From Candidatus Poribacteria bacterium (GTDB taxonomy: Bacteria > Poribacteria > WGA-4E > WGA-3G): a DNA stretch of 64,000 nt. The translations under genes were made by a program, and so were the position numbers. The notes under the pieces were generated by a model. The model had not been told where the DNA came from. It did no database searches and saw nothing but the letters and a program-made list of their open reading frames with translations. The DNA is taken from NCBI GenBank assembly GCA_965205015.1, contig OZ242029.1, forward strand, positions 4,000,001 to 4,064,000, read 5' to 3'. Below are positions 37,730 to 47,042 of the stretch, one piece after another. The number at the start of each line of letters is the position of its first letter. Within the stretch, counting starts at the first letter, position 1.

Positions 37730-38887
37730 ATGGCGTCTGCTTTAAAAGGTCACTTTTTGAAAATGAGTCTCAATATCATGAGTCTAAACTTAACATGGAA
37801 TACCCGCCAATTACGTTCCCTACTCAATCCGGGAAACTTACAAACCACATCTTATACATTTCTGACACTCCTGAGTGTCTTACTTTACCTCTGCCTTGGT
37901 TCCGCTGAAGCCGCAACACGGGAATACTGGATCTCGGCTGAGAAAGTCGAATGGAACTATGCACCGAGTGGACAAAACCTCATCAGACCCGCGATGGGAT
38001 TGGACGTTTGGGGTAAAGCGCTCGTGTATGAAAAATATCGCTACATCCAATACACCGATGATACCTACACAACACAAGTTGAACAACCCGTGTGGATGGG
38101 TATTCTTGGACCGCAACTGCACGCCGTTGAAGGCGACAGCGTCCGCGTGCATTTTCTCAATCGCGCCGATAAACCGCTCAGTATTCACGTACACGGATTA
38201 CAATACGATGAAGCAAACGAAGGCGCGGATATGAAAGGGACTGGGGCTGCCGTACCGCCCGGTGAAAAGTTCACCTATCACTGGGAAGCAGATAGTGATG
38301 CCGCGCCGGGTCCAAACGATCCTTCGTCTATTGTTTGGCTTTACCACTCGCACGTTGATGCGGTTACGGAGGTTTACGACGGTTTGATTGGAACCGTTGT
38401 CGTTACGAAAAAAGGGATGGAACGCTCGGCGGACGATCCACGTCCGAAAGATATCGACAAAGCGTTCACTACACTGTTTCTGGTCTTCAATGAAAATGAT
38501 CGCACGATCGTCAAAGGTGGACAAAGTGCGGAATATGACTCTCCCGAGGAAGCCGAAGAGGGGAATCTCAAACATGCTATCAACGGCTATATCTTCGGCA
38601 ATCTACAAGGGTTGGAAGTTGAACAGCACGATCAGGTGCGTTGGTATCTTATTGGGTTAGGCACTGAAGTGGATATGCACACCGCGCACTGGCATGGTCA
38701 GACGGTCCTAAACGCTGGAAAACGCACTGATGTGGTAGATCTACTTCCGGGCTCTATGGTTACGGTAGATATGACAGCGAAAACCCCCGGCAACTGGCTC
38801 TATCATTGCCATGTCGCTGATCACATTACGGCGGGTATGAACACCCGTTGGCGAGTGGTGCCAAAACCTCAAGAAAAAGTACGTTAA
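37730..38887 (+). CDS. Two-domain multicopper oxidase, ceruloplasmin/hephaestin-like (true start may be 37763 or 37778)
   Basis: HVH, WLYHSH (domain 1); HTAHWH, WLYHCHVADHITAGM (domain 2, T1 site); AEA|A signal cleavage. Confidence 0.9.
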   Translation: MASALKGHFLKMSLNIMSLNLTWNTRQLRSLLNPGNLQTTSYTFLTLLSVLLYLCLGSAEAATREYWISAEKVEWNYAPSGQNLIRPAMGLDVWGKALVYEKYRYIQYTDDTYTTQVEQPVWMGILGPQLHAVEGDSVRVHFLNRADKPLSIHVHGLQYDEANEGADMKGTGAAVPPGEKFTYHWEADSDAAPGPNDPSSIVWLYHSHVDAVTEVYDGLIGTVVVTKKGMERSADDPRPKDIDKAFTTLFLVFNENDRTIVKGGQSAEYDSPEEAEEGNLKHAINGYIFGNLQGLEVEQHDQVRWYLIGLGTEVDMHTAHWHGQTVLNAGKRTDVVDLLPGSMVTVDMTAKTPGNWLYHCHVADHITAGMNTRWRVVPKPQEKVR

Positions 38888-38906
38888 GCGTCTATTTAAA
38901 AACTTT

Positions 38907-38933
38907 GAACTTTTCGCAATTAAATCTGACTAA
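38907..38933 (+). promoter_or_regulatory. Putative ECF promoter upstream of the iron-binding protein
   Basis: GAACTT-N16-ACTAA. Confidence 0.45.
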
Positions 38934-38987
38934 ATTTATACCAGATTTGATTCGGATGACAGTCTATTAATTGTATAAGGAGACATC

Positions 38988-39998
38988 ATGTTTAACAACC
39001 GATCCAGTTTATTTAGTTACTGTTCGCTTATTTTGCCCTTATTCACCCTCATCGGGGTAGTTCACGCTGAAACGTTGACTATCTATTCCGGACGAAGTAA
39101 GAGCCTCGTTGAACCGATTATTAAGCAATTTGAAGAAAAGAGTGGCATCCAAGTGGAAGTGAGTTATGGTGGGACGACACAACTCGCCGCTGCGCTCCTC
39201 ACAGAAGGCGATAAAAGTCCTGCCGCCCTCTTTTGGGCACAGGACGCTGGTGCTCTTGGTGCCGTTAGCAAAAAAGCGATGTTTGAAAAATTGCCGGAAT
39301 CCATCCTTACACAGGTCCCTTCAGATTTTCGTGATGCCGAAGGTTTCTGGGTAGCAACAAGCGGTAGAGCGCGTGTACTCGCATACGCTCCAGAACGCGT
39401 TAAAATGCAAGAACTCCCAGAGAGCATCTTCGATTTAACACAACCGATGTGGAAAGGCAGAGTCGGGTGGGCACCAACAAATGCGTCCTTTCAGGCGTTT
39501 GTGACGTCCCTGCGTGTGCAGGTAGGTGAAGAAAAAACAGCGGAATGGCTCAAAGGCATGAAAGCAAATGGTGTGAAAAAATATGCGAAGAACACGCCCA
39601 TCATAGAAGCACTCGCCGCTGGAGAAATCGATGTCGGCTTGCCGAATCACTACTACCTCCTTCGCTTCAAAAGCAAAGATGCCGATTTTCCTGTAGAACA
39701 AACCTTCTTTAAGTCGAGTGATCCGGGCAACCTCGTCAATATTGCTGGTGTTGGATTATTAAAAAGCAGCGAAAACAAAGACACCGCACTGAAATTTGTG
39801 GAATTTCTGCTATCTTCTAAAGCACAGCAATACTTCACCAGTGATGTGTTTGAATATCCTGCCATTGAGGGCGTAACGCCGCACGCGAGCTTACTGCCTC
39901 TTTCTGAACTGCTGCAATTGGCACCGACATTCAATCTCAATGATATGGACGATCTTGACGGTACGGTTAAACTGTTGAGAGACGTTGAGATTCTATAG
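38988..39998 (+). CDS. Fe3+ ABC transporter substrate-binding protein (FutA/FbpA-like)
   Basis: LTIYSGR, EG..SPA, SGRARV, NHYY tyrosine ligands, FEYP. Confidence 0.9.
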   Translation: MFNNRSSLFSYCSLILPLFTLIGVVHAETLTIYSGRSKSLVEPIIKQFEEKSGIQVEVSYGGTTQLAAALLTEGDKSPAALFWAQDAGALGAVSKKAMFEKLPESILTQVPSDFRDAEGFWVATSGRARVLAYAPERVKMQELPESIFDLTQPMWKGRVGWAPTNASFQAFVTSLRVQVGEEKTAEWLKGMKANGVKKYAKNTPIIEALAAGEIDVGLPNHYYLLRFKSKDADFPVEQTFFKSSDPGNLVNIAGVGLLKSSENKDTALKFVEFLLSSKAQQYFTSDVFEYPAIEGVTPHASLLPLSELLQLAPTFNLNDMDDLDGTVKLLRDVEIL

Positions 39999-40038
39999 GC
40001 ACAACAACCGAGTCGGTAGTTGAGGTAACTGGAATTGA

Positions 40039-41610
40039 ATGTCAAAGCCAAAAACAGTAAACGTAAACCACTATCTCCTCATACCGGCAGTTGTAGTAGG
40101 GGTTGGCGGGCTGATCCCGTTGGTTTACCTGCTTGTCAAAGCGTTCTCTGCGGAAGGCACTGCGCTTGTGCAGATTGTCTTCCGCTGGCGAAACGCAAGA
40201 CTTTTCTTTAACACACTCCTACTGACCGTCGGTGTTCTCGCGTTAGATGTGCTTTTAGCAACCCCCGCTGCATGGTTAACGACCCGAGTGAATCTAAAAG
40301 GGAGACGTTTCTTTACGGTGCTGTGCGCCTTACCGCTCGCTATTCCGGGCTATGTGATGGCTTATGCACTGCTGGCGCTCGGCGGGAACACGGGTATCGT
40401 CGCCCAATTTTTCGGCAAAAGCATTCCGCGTCTCGGCGGTTACTGGGGGGCACTCCTTGCACTCAGCGCGTACACGAGTCCCTATCTCTTTTTGAATCTG
40501 CGTACCGCCCTGTTAGGTCTCGACCCAAGCCTTGAGGAGTCCGCCCGAAGTCTCGGCTACCGATATCGCGAAACTTTTTTCCATATTATCCTTCCGCAGT
40601 TACGTCCTGCCCTGTATGCCAGCGGTTTACTCATTAGCCTACATGTCCTCGGAGACTTCGGTGTTGTATCATTGATGCGTTATGAGACCTTCAGTTATGC
40701 CCTTTACATAGAGTATACGCTCTCTTTCGAGCACATCTATGCTGCGTGGCTTGCGCTCATGCTCCTTGTATTTACCGGAGGGCTCCTCTATCTTGAGGCA
40801 AAATTGTTAAATCGGGTGGTGCTCCATCGAGCAGGGAGTGGAGTTTCCCGTCAACTGTCGCAGATCCCGCTCGGTACGTGGCGAGTCCCCTCTTACCTGT
40901 ACCTCAGTATGCTCTCATTTACAACTGTGGTTGTCCCCGCCGGTGCCGTAATCCTCTGGATGTTTAGAGGGTTTGATACTGCCGCGTTGGAGGGACTTAC
41001 GAATGCTCTCATCGGTTCACTGTCGATTGCAATACCTGCGGGGATTTTGTGTGCCTTTCTGGCGGTTCCGTTCGCTTATGTAGGTGTTCGACATCCATCA
41101 CGCCTGTCAAACATATTAGGGCGTGTTGCCTATATCGTTTACGCCATACCGCCACTCGCTTTTGCCCTGTCCCTGATCTTTTTTGTCTTAAACACAGTCT
41201 CTTTTATCTATAAAACGTTACCAGTATTAGTCTATGCATGTACCCTACATTTCCTCGCTGAAGCCATCGGACCGGTGCGGAGTTCGCTCTACCAAGCCTC
41301 GCCCAATTTAGAAGAAGCCGCTCGCTCACTTGGGTATTCACGGGTACAAGCATTTTTCAGGGCACTTCTCCCAGTTCTCATGCGTGGTATGCTGACTGCC
41401 GCGGCACTCGTTTTTCTGGCGACAATGAAAGAATTACCGCTTACCTTTCTTTTATCGCCAGCGGGATATGAAACGCTCGCGCTTAACGTCTGGAGTTACA
41501 CATCAGAAGCAATGTTCGCCGAAGCGGCACCTTACGCGCTTGCAATTCTGGCTTTTTCAGGAATATTCGTTGGGGTCCTAATTCGCCATGAAGAACAAGC
41601 ACAAGAATAG
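40039..41610 (+). CDS. Fe3+ ABC transporter permease (FutB/FbpB-like)
   Basis: LPLAIPGYV, LEESARSLG, DFG, LEEAARSLG, MKELP. Confidence 0.92.
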   Translation: MSKPKTVNVNHYLLIPAVVVGVGGLIPLVYLLVKAFSAEGTALVQIVFRWRNARLFFNTLLLTVGVLALDVLLATPAAWLTTRVNLKGRRFFTVLCALPLAIPGYVMAYALLALGGNTGIVAQFFGKSIPRLGGYWGALLALSAYTSPYLFLNLRTALLGLDPSLEESARSLGYRYRETFFHIILPQLRPALYASGLLISLHVLGDFGVVSLMRYETFSYALYIEYTLSFEHIYAAWLALMLLVFTGGLLYLEAKLLNRVVLHRAGSGVSRQLSQIPLGTWRVPSYLYLSMLSFTTVVVPAGAVILWMFRGFDTAALEGLTNALIGSLSIAIPAGILCAFLAVPFAYVGVRHPSRLSNILGRVAYIVYAIPPLAFALSLIFFVLNTVSFIYKTLPVLVYACTLHFLAEAIGPVRSSLYQASPNLEEAARSLGYSRVQAFFRALLPVLMRGMLTAAALVFLATMKELPLTFLLSPAGYETLALNVWSYTSEAMFAEAAPYALAILAFSGIFVGVLIRHEEQAQE

Positions 41611-41646
41611 GAACAACCTTATTAAAAACAATAGGAGAAACCAGTT

Positions 41647-42078
41647 ATGACACACCTCAAAAATTCCGGCTATAGCACTTTCGCACTTGTTCTACTCCCA
41701 TTTGTAATGCTCGGTTGTCTTTCGATGGCAGCACAAAACACAGTTCGTGTTGATAGCGGCATGACGGAGACATTTGAAATGTCCGAGAGCGGCACGGGGG
41801 CAATTCAGAAGTGGATACTTCCCGAAAGACGCTCTATCAGTCGGATCGAAATTCACTTTGATCCAATTGACCCACTGAAGAATATGACCGTCTACGCTCG
41901 GATGGGTGAAGACAATTGGCGAGTCGTCAAGGCAGTCAAAACGCCGATCCGGACATCGCCCTATATCATTCGGGCACCGCTCTCCACAGATGCCATCCGC
42001 GTTGTGTTGACATCGTCAATAGGGACGATCGACCGGATAGTTCTCTACGGGGCAGAATCGAAGCCATCAACTGAATAG
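41647..42078 (+). CDS. Hypothetical exported beta-sandwich protein
   Basis: AGGAG RBS, hydrophobic N-terminus with possible lipobox MLG|C. Confidence 0.6.
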   Translation: MTHLKNSGYSTFALVLLPFVMLGCLSMAAQNTVRVDSGMTETFEMSESGTGAIQKWILPERRSISRIEIHFDPIDPLKNMTVYARMGEDNWRVVKAVKTPIRTSPYIIRAPLSTDAIRVVLTSSIGTIDRIVLYGAESKPSTE

Positions 42079-42156
42079 ATCGTCCGAAATTTTCTCACGC
42101 ACAAACGGGAGGAACCGCGGTAAATTGTTTTAATTTGCCTTTTTGACACAATTTTT

Positions 42157-42183
42157 CAACATTTTCTACATATGTCTGTCTAA
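42157..42183 (+). promoter_or_regulatory. Putative ECF promoter upstream of the DUF4956 gene
   Basis: CAACAT-N16-TCTAA. Confidence 0.4.
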
Positions 42184-42234
42184 TTGTGGTAGACTATAGA
42201 ATACAATTTTCTACTTTCTAATTGGCAAACCGGG

Positions 42235-42894
42235 ATGGATATATTATTTAATTTTTTAACGCTACCTCCACTTGTAACACTTGGTGCTGATGCTCTGAGA
42301 GTGTTACTCTCATTTGCGCTCGGCGTTTTCATTGTTAACATCTATGTGTGGACCCACGCCAAAGTCCCACAAAAATCGTTTACCGACACACTCATCATCT
42401 TGTGTATGTTGATTTCTGTGGTGATGGTGGTTATCGGGGACAGCATTGCACGGGCGTTTAGCCTTGTAGGTGCCCTGTCTATTATCCGATTCCGGACTGC
42501 TATTCAAGACCCACGCGATATCGGTTTCGTTTTTTACGCATTAGCGGTTGGAATGGCAGTCGGTGCGGGAAATCCATCTGTTGCAATCCTGGCGACCTTT
42601 CTCATCGGTACCATTATCCTCTGTATGTACCACTGGCATCAACGTTTTGGCAACGATAATGAATTTAGCTTAGAATTCTGCCTGCCACCAGATCAGACTT
42701 CTGAAACCATCTATAGTCCAGTTTTCAATAAGTACTTGATTTACGATCGTCTCCTCGAACAGCGAATCAAAAAAACACAGCAGGTTGAACTCACATTCCG
42801 GGTTAGATTGGCAAATCCACAGGAATGGCTCACTTTCTTTAACGAACTCTCACGGATTGAAAACGTCACAGAAGTAAAAATGGATAAAGAGTAA
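42235..42894 (+). CDS. DUF4956 domain membrane protein
   Basis: AFSLVGALSIIRFRT...D..F...AVGMA.G signature. Confidence 0.88.
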   Translation: MDILFNFLTLPPLVTLGADALRVLLSFALGVFIVNIYVWTHAKVPQKSFTDTLIILCMLISVVMVVIGDSIARAFSLVGALSIIRFRTAIQDPRDIGFVFYALAVGMAVGAGNPSVAILATFLIGTIILCMYHWHQRFGNDNEFSLEFCLPPDQTSETIYSPVFNKYLIYDRLLEQRIKKTQQVELTFRVRLANPQEWLTFFNELSRIENVTEVKMDKE

Positions 42895-42944
42895 AGATCA
42901 CCCTGCCAAAGCGTGGGTGCTTTTACATAAAAAAGGAGAATATC

Positions 42945-45398
42945 ATGAAACAACTTAAATCAATAACACTCATTGCGCTCATAATTATGGGGTGGGCAAT
43001 ACACGCCAACGCTCAAGACAATCAGGAACCTCCAAAACTCTCAGACGACCAGAAACGATTTGATCTCAATAGAGATGGCAAACTGAGCAATGAAGAGGGC
43101 GATCTCATGCTCCGGGTTACGAGCATGGAAGCACTCACAGGCAATAAACTAACGCCTGAAGAAATCAAGCGAATGCAGGATGACCAAGGTCCTGACAGGG
43201 GTTTCGGAGGTCCCCCGGGTGGGATGCCCGGTTTTGGAGGGGGACGAGGGGGACGTCGCGGACCGCAACCGCCAGAAAAACTGCGAGATCAATTCGATGA
43301 AAATAAGGACGGGAAACTCACCGGCACCGAGCGGCAAGCGGCACTGGACATGCGCGATGGTGGAACTTTGTCTCTCATGAGTGAAGACAGCTTACGCGAA
43401 GGTGTGCAGAACGATGTGCAGGCAAGCCTTACGACTGCACCAGACGGTTCACCTTCACTCTATAACGCACAAACGCTCCGTACGCTTTATCTCCGATTCC
43501 ATCATGAAGATTGGTACGAGCAGATGACCGCGTTTTATCGCACAGATATTGAAGTTCCGGCAGAACTGATCGTCGATGGAAAGGTTTACCCGAAAGTCGG
43601 TGTCCATTTTCGAGGCACTTCCTCCTACTTTACAGTCGGATCGGAGAAGAAATCCTTCAATATTGCTGTTGACTACAGTGAAGATGGACAACGTCTGTAT
43701 GGTTACAAAACATTGAACCTACTCAACGGACACGTTGATGCATCCTTCCTGCGCGAGGTCCTCTACAATCGAATCTCTCGTGACTATATCCCCGCGATGA
43801 AAACCAACCTCGTAAAATTGGTGATCAACGGTGAAAATTGGGGGGTCTATATCAATCTCCAGCAATACAACAAGGATTTTCTTGCCGAATGGTTCGGCAC
43901 GAAGGGCGGTATCCGCTGGAAGATAGGTCCTGGTAGAGGCGGCGCACTGACTTATGCCGGAGACGACCCAGCATCATATCAAGAAACGTATCAACTCAAA
44001 ACCAACAACGTCGAAAATCCCTGGGACGGTCTTATTGCGCTCACGAAAATGCTTGACGATTCCACGCCTGACGCGGAACTTGTGGAAAATCTTCCATCCG
44101 TCCTGAATATCGACCAGGTCCTGTGGCAACTCGCCGTTTCGAACGTCTTTATGGACGATGATGGTTACATCCACAAAGGCGGTGATTACACGCTCTATCA
44201 AGATGTCAATGGTAGATTCCACCTCGTACCGCACGATAACAACGAAAGTTTCAAATTTGTTCGAAGGAGTCGAGGCGGTCCTGGGGGTGGCTGGTCTTGG
44301 GGCGACTTAGAAAATGGAATGCTATCTCCTATTACGCATGAAGACAATGCGGCACGTCCGCTTATTAAGCGACTGCTCTCAAATCCGCAGTGGCGCGCAC
44401 GGTATCTCGCGCACGTCCGAACCGTCATGGAGGAATGGCTCGATTGGGAAGTGTTGAAACCGATTATCAAGGAATATCAAGCCCTAATTGATGCAGAGGT
44501 TCAGAAAGACGATAAGAAACTGTATGGATATGAGGAATTTGCAACCGGTGTTCCTGCGGAGCTTGAGCGGTTTGTGAACCAACGCCGAGAGTATCTGAGA
44601 AATCATCTTGAACTCAGCAAGCCGGTCCCGGAGATTGTTTCGGTTGAGATTGGATCTGGAACGCCGCCTGTCGCGAATCAATCTGTCTCAGTTAAAGCGA
44701 TACTTGACAAATTAATTGCCGTTGATTCAGTTTTGTTGTACTATAGTACTGATCGGTATGTCGTTTTCAATCAGGTGGCAATGACAAAAGAAGGGGATAC
44801 TTATGTTGGACACATCCCCGGTTTGCCAGCAAACACCACAGTCTACTATTACGTAGAAGCGAATGCGGTCGAGACTTACGGAACGACTGCCTTTTCACCC
44901 GCAAGATCAGAGCAAGGCGCGGCGCAGTACCGAATTGGTGTTCCCGTTGCAAAAGAAACGCCAATCGTTATTAACGAACTCATGGCATCTAACACAAAAA
45001 GTCTGACCGACCCCCAAGGGCAATACGAAGACTGGCTTGAGCTGCACAACCTCACCAGTGACGTAGTGAATCTTACCGGGATGTATCTAACGGATAAGGT
45101 GGACAATCTCAAGAAATGGGCATTTCCTGAGAATACGACGATTCCAGGGCGGGGTTATCTTCTTGTGTGGTTAGATGAAGACGGCAAAGCCGATGTGGGA
45201 CTCCATGCGAACTTCAAGTTGTCCCGTAACGGTGAAACTGTGATGCTCATTGATACCGATATGCATGGTAACCAAGTGCTTGATACAGTGACGTTTGATA
45301 AACAGGAGAAGGATGTTGCCCTCGGCAGATGGCCGAATGGGAGTGGCAAACTCAAACAGGTCCAAACCACGCCGGGTAAAGAAAACGTGCTGAAATAA
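42945..45398 (+). CDS. Secreted CotH-kinase family protein with EF-hand-like motifs and C-terminal lamin-tail domain
   Basis: DLNRDGKLS and DENKDGKLT EF-like loops; VHFRGTSS, KKSF, LRE, INGE.WGVY, D...D; INELMASN...DWLELHN...TPG..N. Confidence 0.85.
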   Translation: MKQLKSITLIALIIMGWAIHANAQDNQEPPKLSDDQKRFDLNRDGKLSNEEGDLMLRVTSMEALTGNKLTPEEIKRMQDDQGPDRGFGGPPGGMPGFGGGRGGRRGPQPPEKLRDQFDENKDGKLTGTERQAALDMRDGGTLSLMSEDSLREGVQNDVQASLTTAPDGSPSLYNAQTLRTLYLRFHHEDWYEQMTAFYRTDIEVPAELIVDGKVYPKVGVHFRGTSSYFTVGSEKKSFNIAVDYSEDGQRLYGYKTLNLLNGHVDASFLREVLYNRISRDYIPAMKTNLVKLVINGENWGVYINLQQYNKDFLAEWFGTKGGIRWKIGPGRGGALTYAGDDPASYQETYQLKTNNVENPWDGLIALTKMLDDSTPDAELVENLPSVLNIDQVLWQLAVSNVFMDDDGYIHKGGDYTLYQDVNGRFHLVPHDNNESFKFVRRSRGGPGGGWSWGDLENGMLSPITHEDNAARPLIKRLLSNPQWRARYLAHVRTVMEEWLDWEVLKPIIKEYQALIDAEVQKDDKKLYGYEEFATGVPAELERFVNQRREYLRNHLELSKPVPEIVSVEIGSGTPPVANQSVSVKAILDKLIAVDSVLLYYSTDRYVVFNQVAMTKEGDTYVGHIPGLPANTTVYYYVEANAVETYGTTAFSPARSEQGAAQYRIGVPVAKETPIVINELMASNTKSLTDPQGQYEDWLELHNLTSDVVNLTGMYLTDKVDNLKKWAFPENTTIPGRGYLLVWLDEDGKADVGLHANFKLSRNGETVMLIDTDMHGNQVLDTVTFDKQEKDVALGRWPNGSGKLKQVQTTPGKENVLK

Positions 45399-45406
45399 AA
45401 CAAAAC

Positions 45407-45433
45407 GAACTTTTTGTTTTATGACATGTCTAA
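45407..45433 (+). promoter_or_regulatory. SigmaE/AlgU-type promoter of the ECF sigma operon
   Basis: GAACTT-N16-TCTAA, matching the established sigmaE/AlgU consensus. Confidence 0.65.
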
Positions 45434-45586
45434 TAGAACAAATAAGCCCGTTAGTTTCCGCTATATTCACGCTTTTGATTCATCTAAGCGAAATTCGAGA
45501 TGTGAAAGTGCAGGAATATAGGGGAATTGAGCGGTTCTGAAGTGAATAAAAGCATGTTCTTTATTCTGGCAGTTTGGAGAAGAAGT

Positions 45587-46207
45587 ATGTCCGTTGCAAC
45601 CCTTACAGCTACTATGGAAACCTATTCGGAGATAAGCAAGACAGAAGAATTGGATCTCGCACAGGAACGTGAGATTGTTTTGCGCTGTCAAAAAGGTGAT
45701 GCCGATGCAATGGGAACCCTTGTGATTCAATATCAACACTGGGTTTACAATATCGCTTACGGTATGCTCGGTCATCACCAAGACGCTGAAGATGTCGCGC
45801 AAGATGCCTTCCTCTCCGCATGGGAAAATATTGAGAAATTCCAATTCCGTTCCCGATTTTCCACATGGCTCTACCGTATCGTCAAGAATAAGTGTCTCAA
45901 TCATATTGATCAGTATCAACGCCGAAAAACCGACCCGACAGAGATTGACGATTCACAGCCGTGGGTCCCGCTTGATACAGTGACCCCTGAAGAGGAGGCA
46001 CTCCGCACCGAACAGAAAGAAATCGTTCACGCAGCCCTCGCAAAACTCAAGGACAGTCATAGAGAGATCTTGGTGCTGAGAGAACTACGAGATCTACCTT
46101 ACGAAGAAATATCTGAAATTCTGGGATGCACACTGGGACGCGTTAAATCCCGGTTACATGAAGCCCGAAAGGCACTCAAAAAAGAACTGGAGCGAGTTGA
46201 GTGGTAA
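45587..46207 (+). CDS. ECF RNA polymerase sigma factor (RpoE-like)
   Basis: DAEDVAQDAF, FSTWLYRI, YEEISEILG...G.VKSRL..AR; GGAG before ATG 45587. Confidence 0.93.
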   Translation: MSVATLTATMETYSEISKTEELDLAQEREIVLRCQKGDADAMGTLVIQYQHWVYNIAYGMLGHHQDAEDVAQDAFLSAWENIEKFQFRSRFSTWLYRIVKNKCLNHIDQYQRRKTDPTEIDDSQPWVPLDTVTPEEEALRTEQKEIVHAALAKLKDSHREILVLRELRDLPYEEISEILGCTLGRVKSRLHEARKALKKELERVEW

Positions 46208-46237
46208 CACCTTTTACCGCTATCCTCGATTGGAGAT

Positions 46238-47011
46238 ATGAACCATCGACGAATCCAAGAGGAATTGTCAGCCTACTTAGATAACGAATTAAGCCCGAAC
46301 AGGCATAAGCAGATTGAAGCACATTTACGTACCTGCGACGAGTGTTCCGAGATGCTACTAACGTTCAAAAAGAACCGTCAGAGAGTCGCAAACATCGCGC
46401 ACCCGGTACCATCGACACTCAAGGACGGCGTGATGGCAAAAATACACACGCAGTTTCAAGATGAACTATCCGCTTATTTAGATGGCGAATTAGAACCGAC
46501 GATGCGCGATCGGATGGAAGCGCATCTCCACGCCTGCGACGAGTGTTCCGAGATGCTGGCGGCGTTCCGTCAAAATCGCGATCGGATCAAAGCACTTGAA
46601 CATCCTGCGCCGCCATCCATTGAAAACGCAGTGATGGCGAAAATATGCCAGCAAGCCTCCCAGGCACGCAAAGAGAAACCTACTCGGACCGGATGGATAC
46701 CTGATATAGGGCGATGGATACCTGACCTTGGACGCTGGTTTTTCCGGCCCCTTACGGCAGGCGCGACCGGTATTCTAACACTCGTCCTGATTTTCGGTGC
46801 CCTCTACTTTTACAATCCCACTGGATCGCAATACGAGGAGACACTCGATTTCTACTTCGGGCTCCACACCGAACAATTAGTCGATAACACATTTGATTTG
46901 AACACTGGGATCTCCTTTAGTACAACATCTTCGGAAGAGGCTCTCTCCACAGAAACTACCGATGACGCTGAACTGTTTCTCAACCTCTATCTGGAGGATG
47001 TAGGGAATTAA
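46238..47011 (+). CDS. Anti-sigma factor with two tandem zf-HC2 (ZAS) domains and one TM helix
   Basis: LSAYLD.EL...EAHL..CDEC occurs twice; TM at about aa 170-190. Confidence 0.9.
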   Translation: MNHRRIQEELSAYLDNELSPNRHKQIEAHLRTCDECSEMLLTFKKNRQRVANIAHPVPSTLKDGVMAKIHTQFQDELSAYLDGELEPTMRDRMEAHLHACDECSEMLAAFRQNRDRIKALEHPAPPSIENAVMAKICQQASQARKEKPTRTGWIPDIGRWIPDLGRWFFRPLTAGATGILTLVLIFGALYFYNPTGSQYEETLDFYFGLHTEQLVDNTFDLNTGISFSTTSSEEALSTETTDDAELFLNLYLEDVGN

Positions 47012-47042
47012 ATTACGCAATAGGAACTAAACCGGTGCATCT

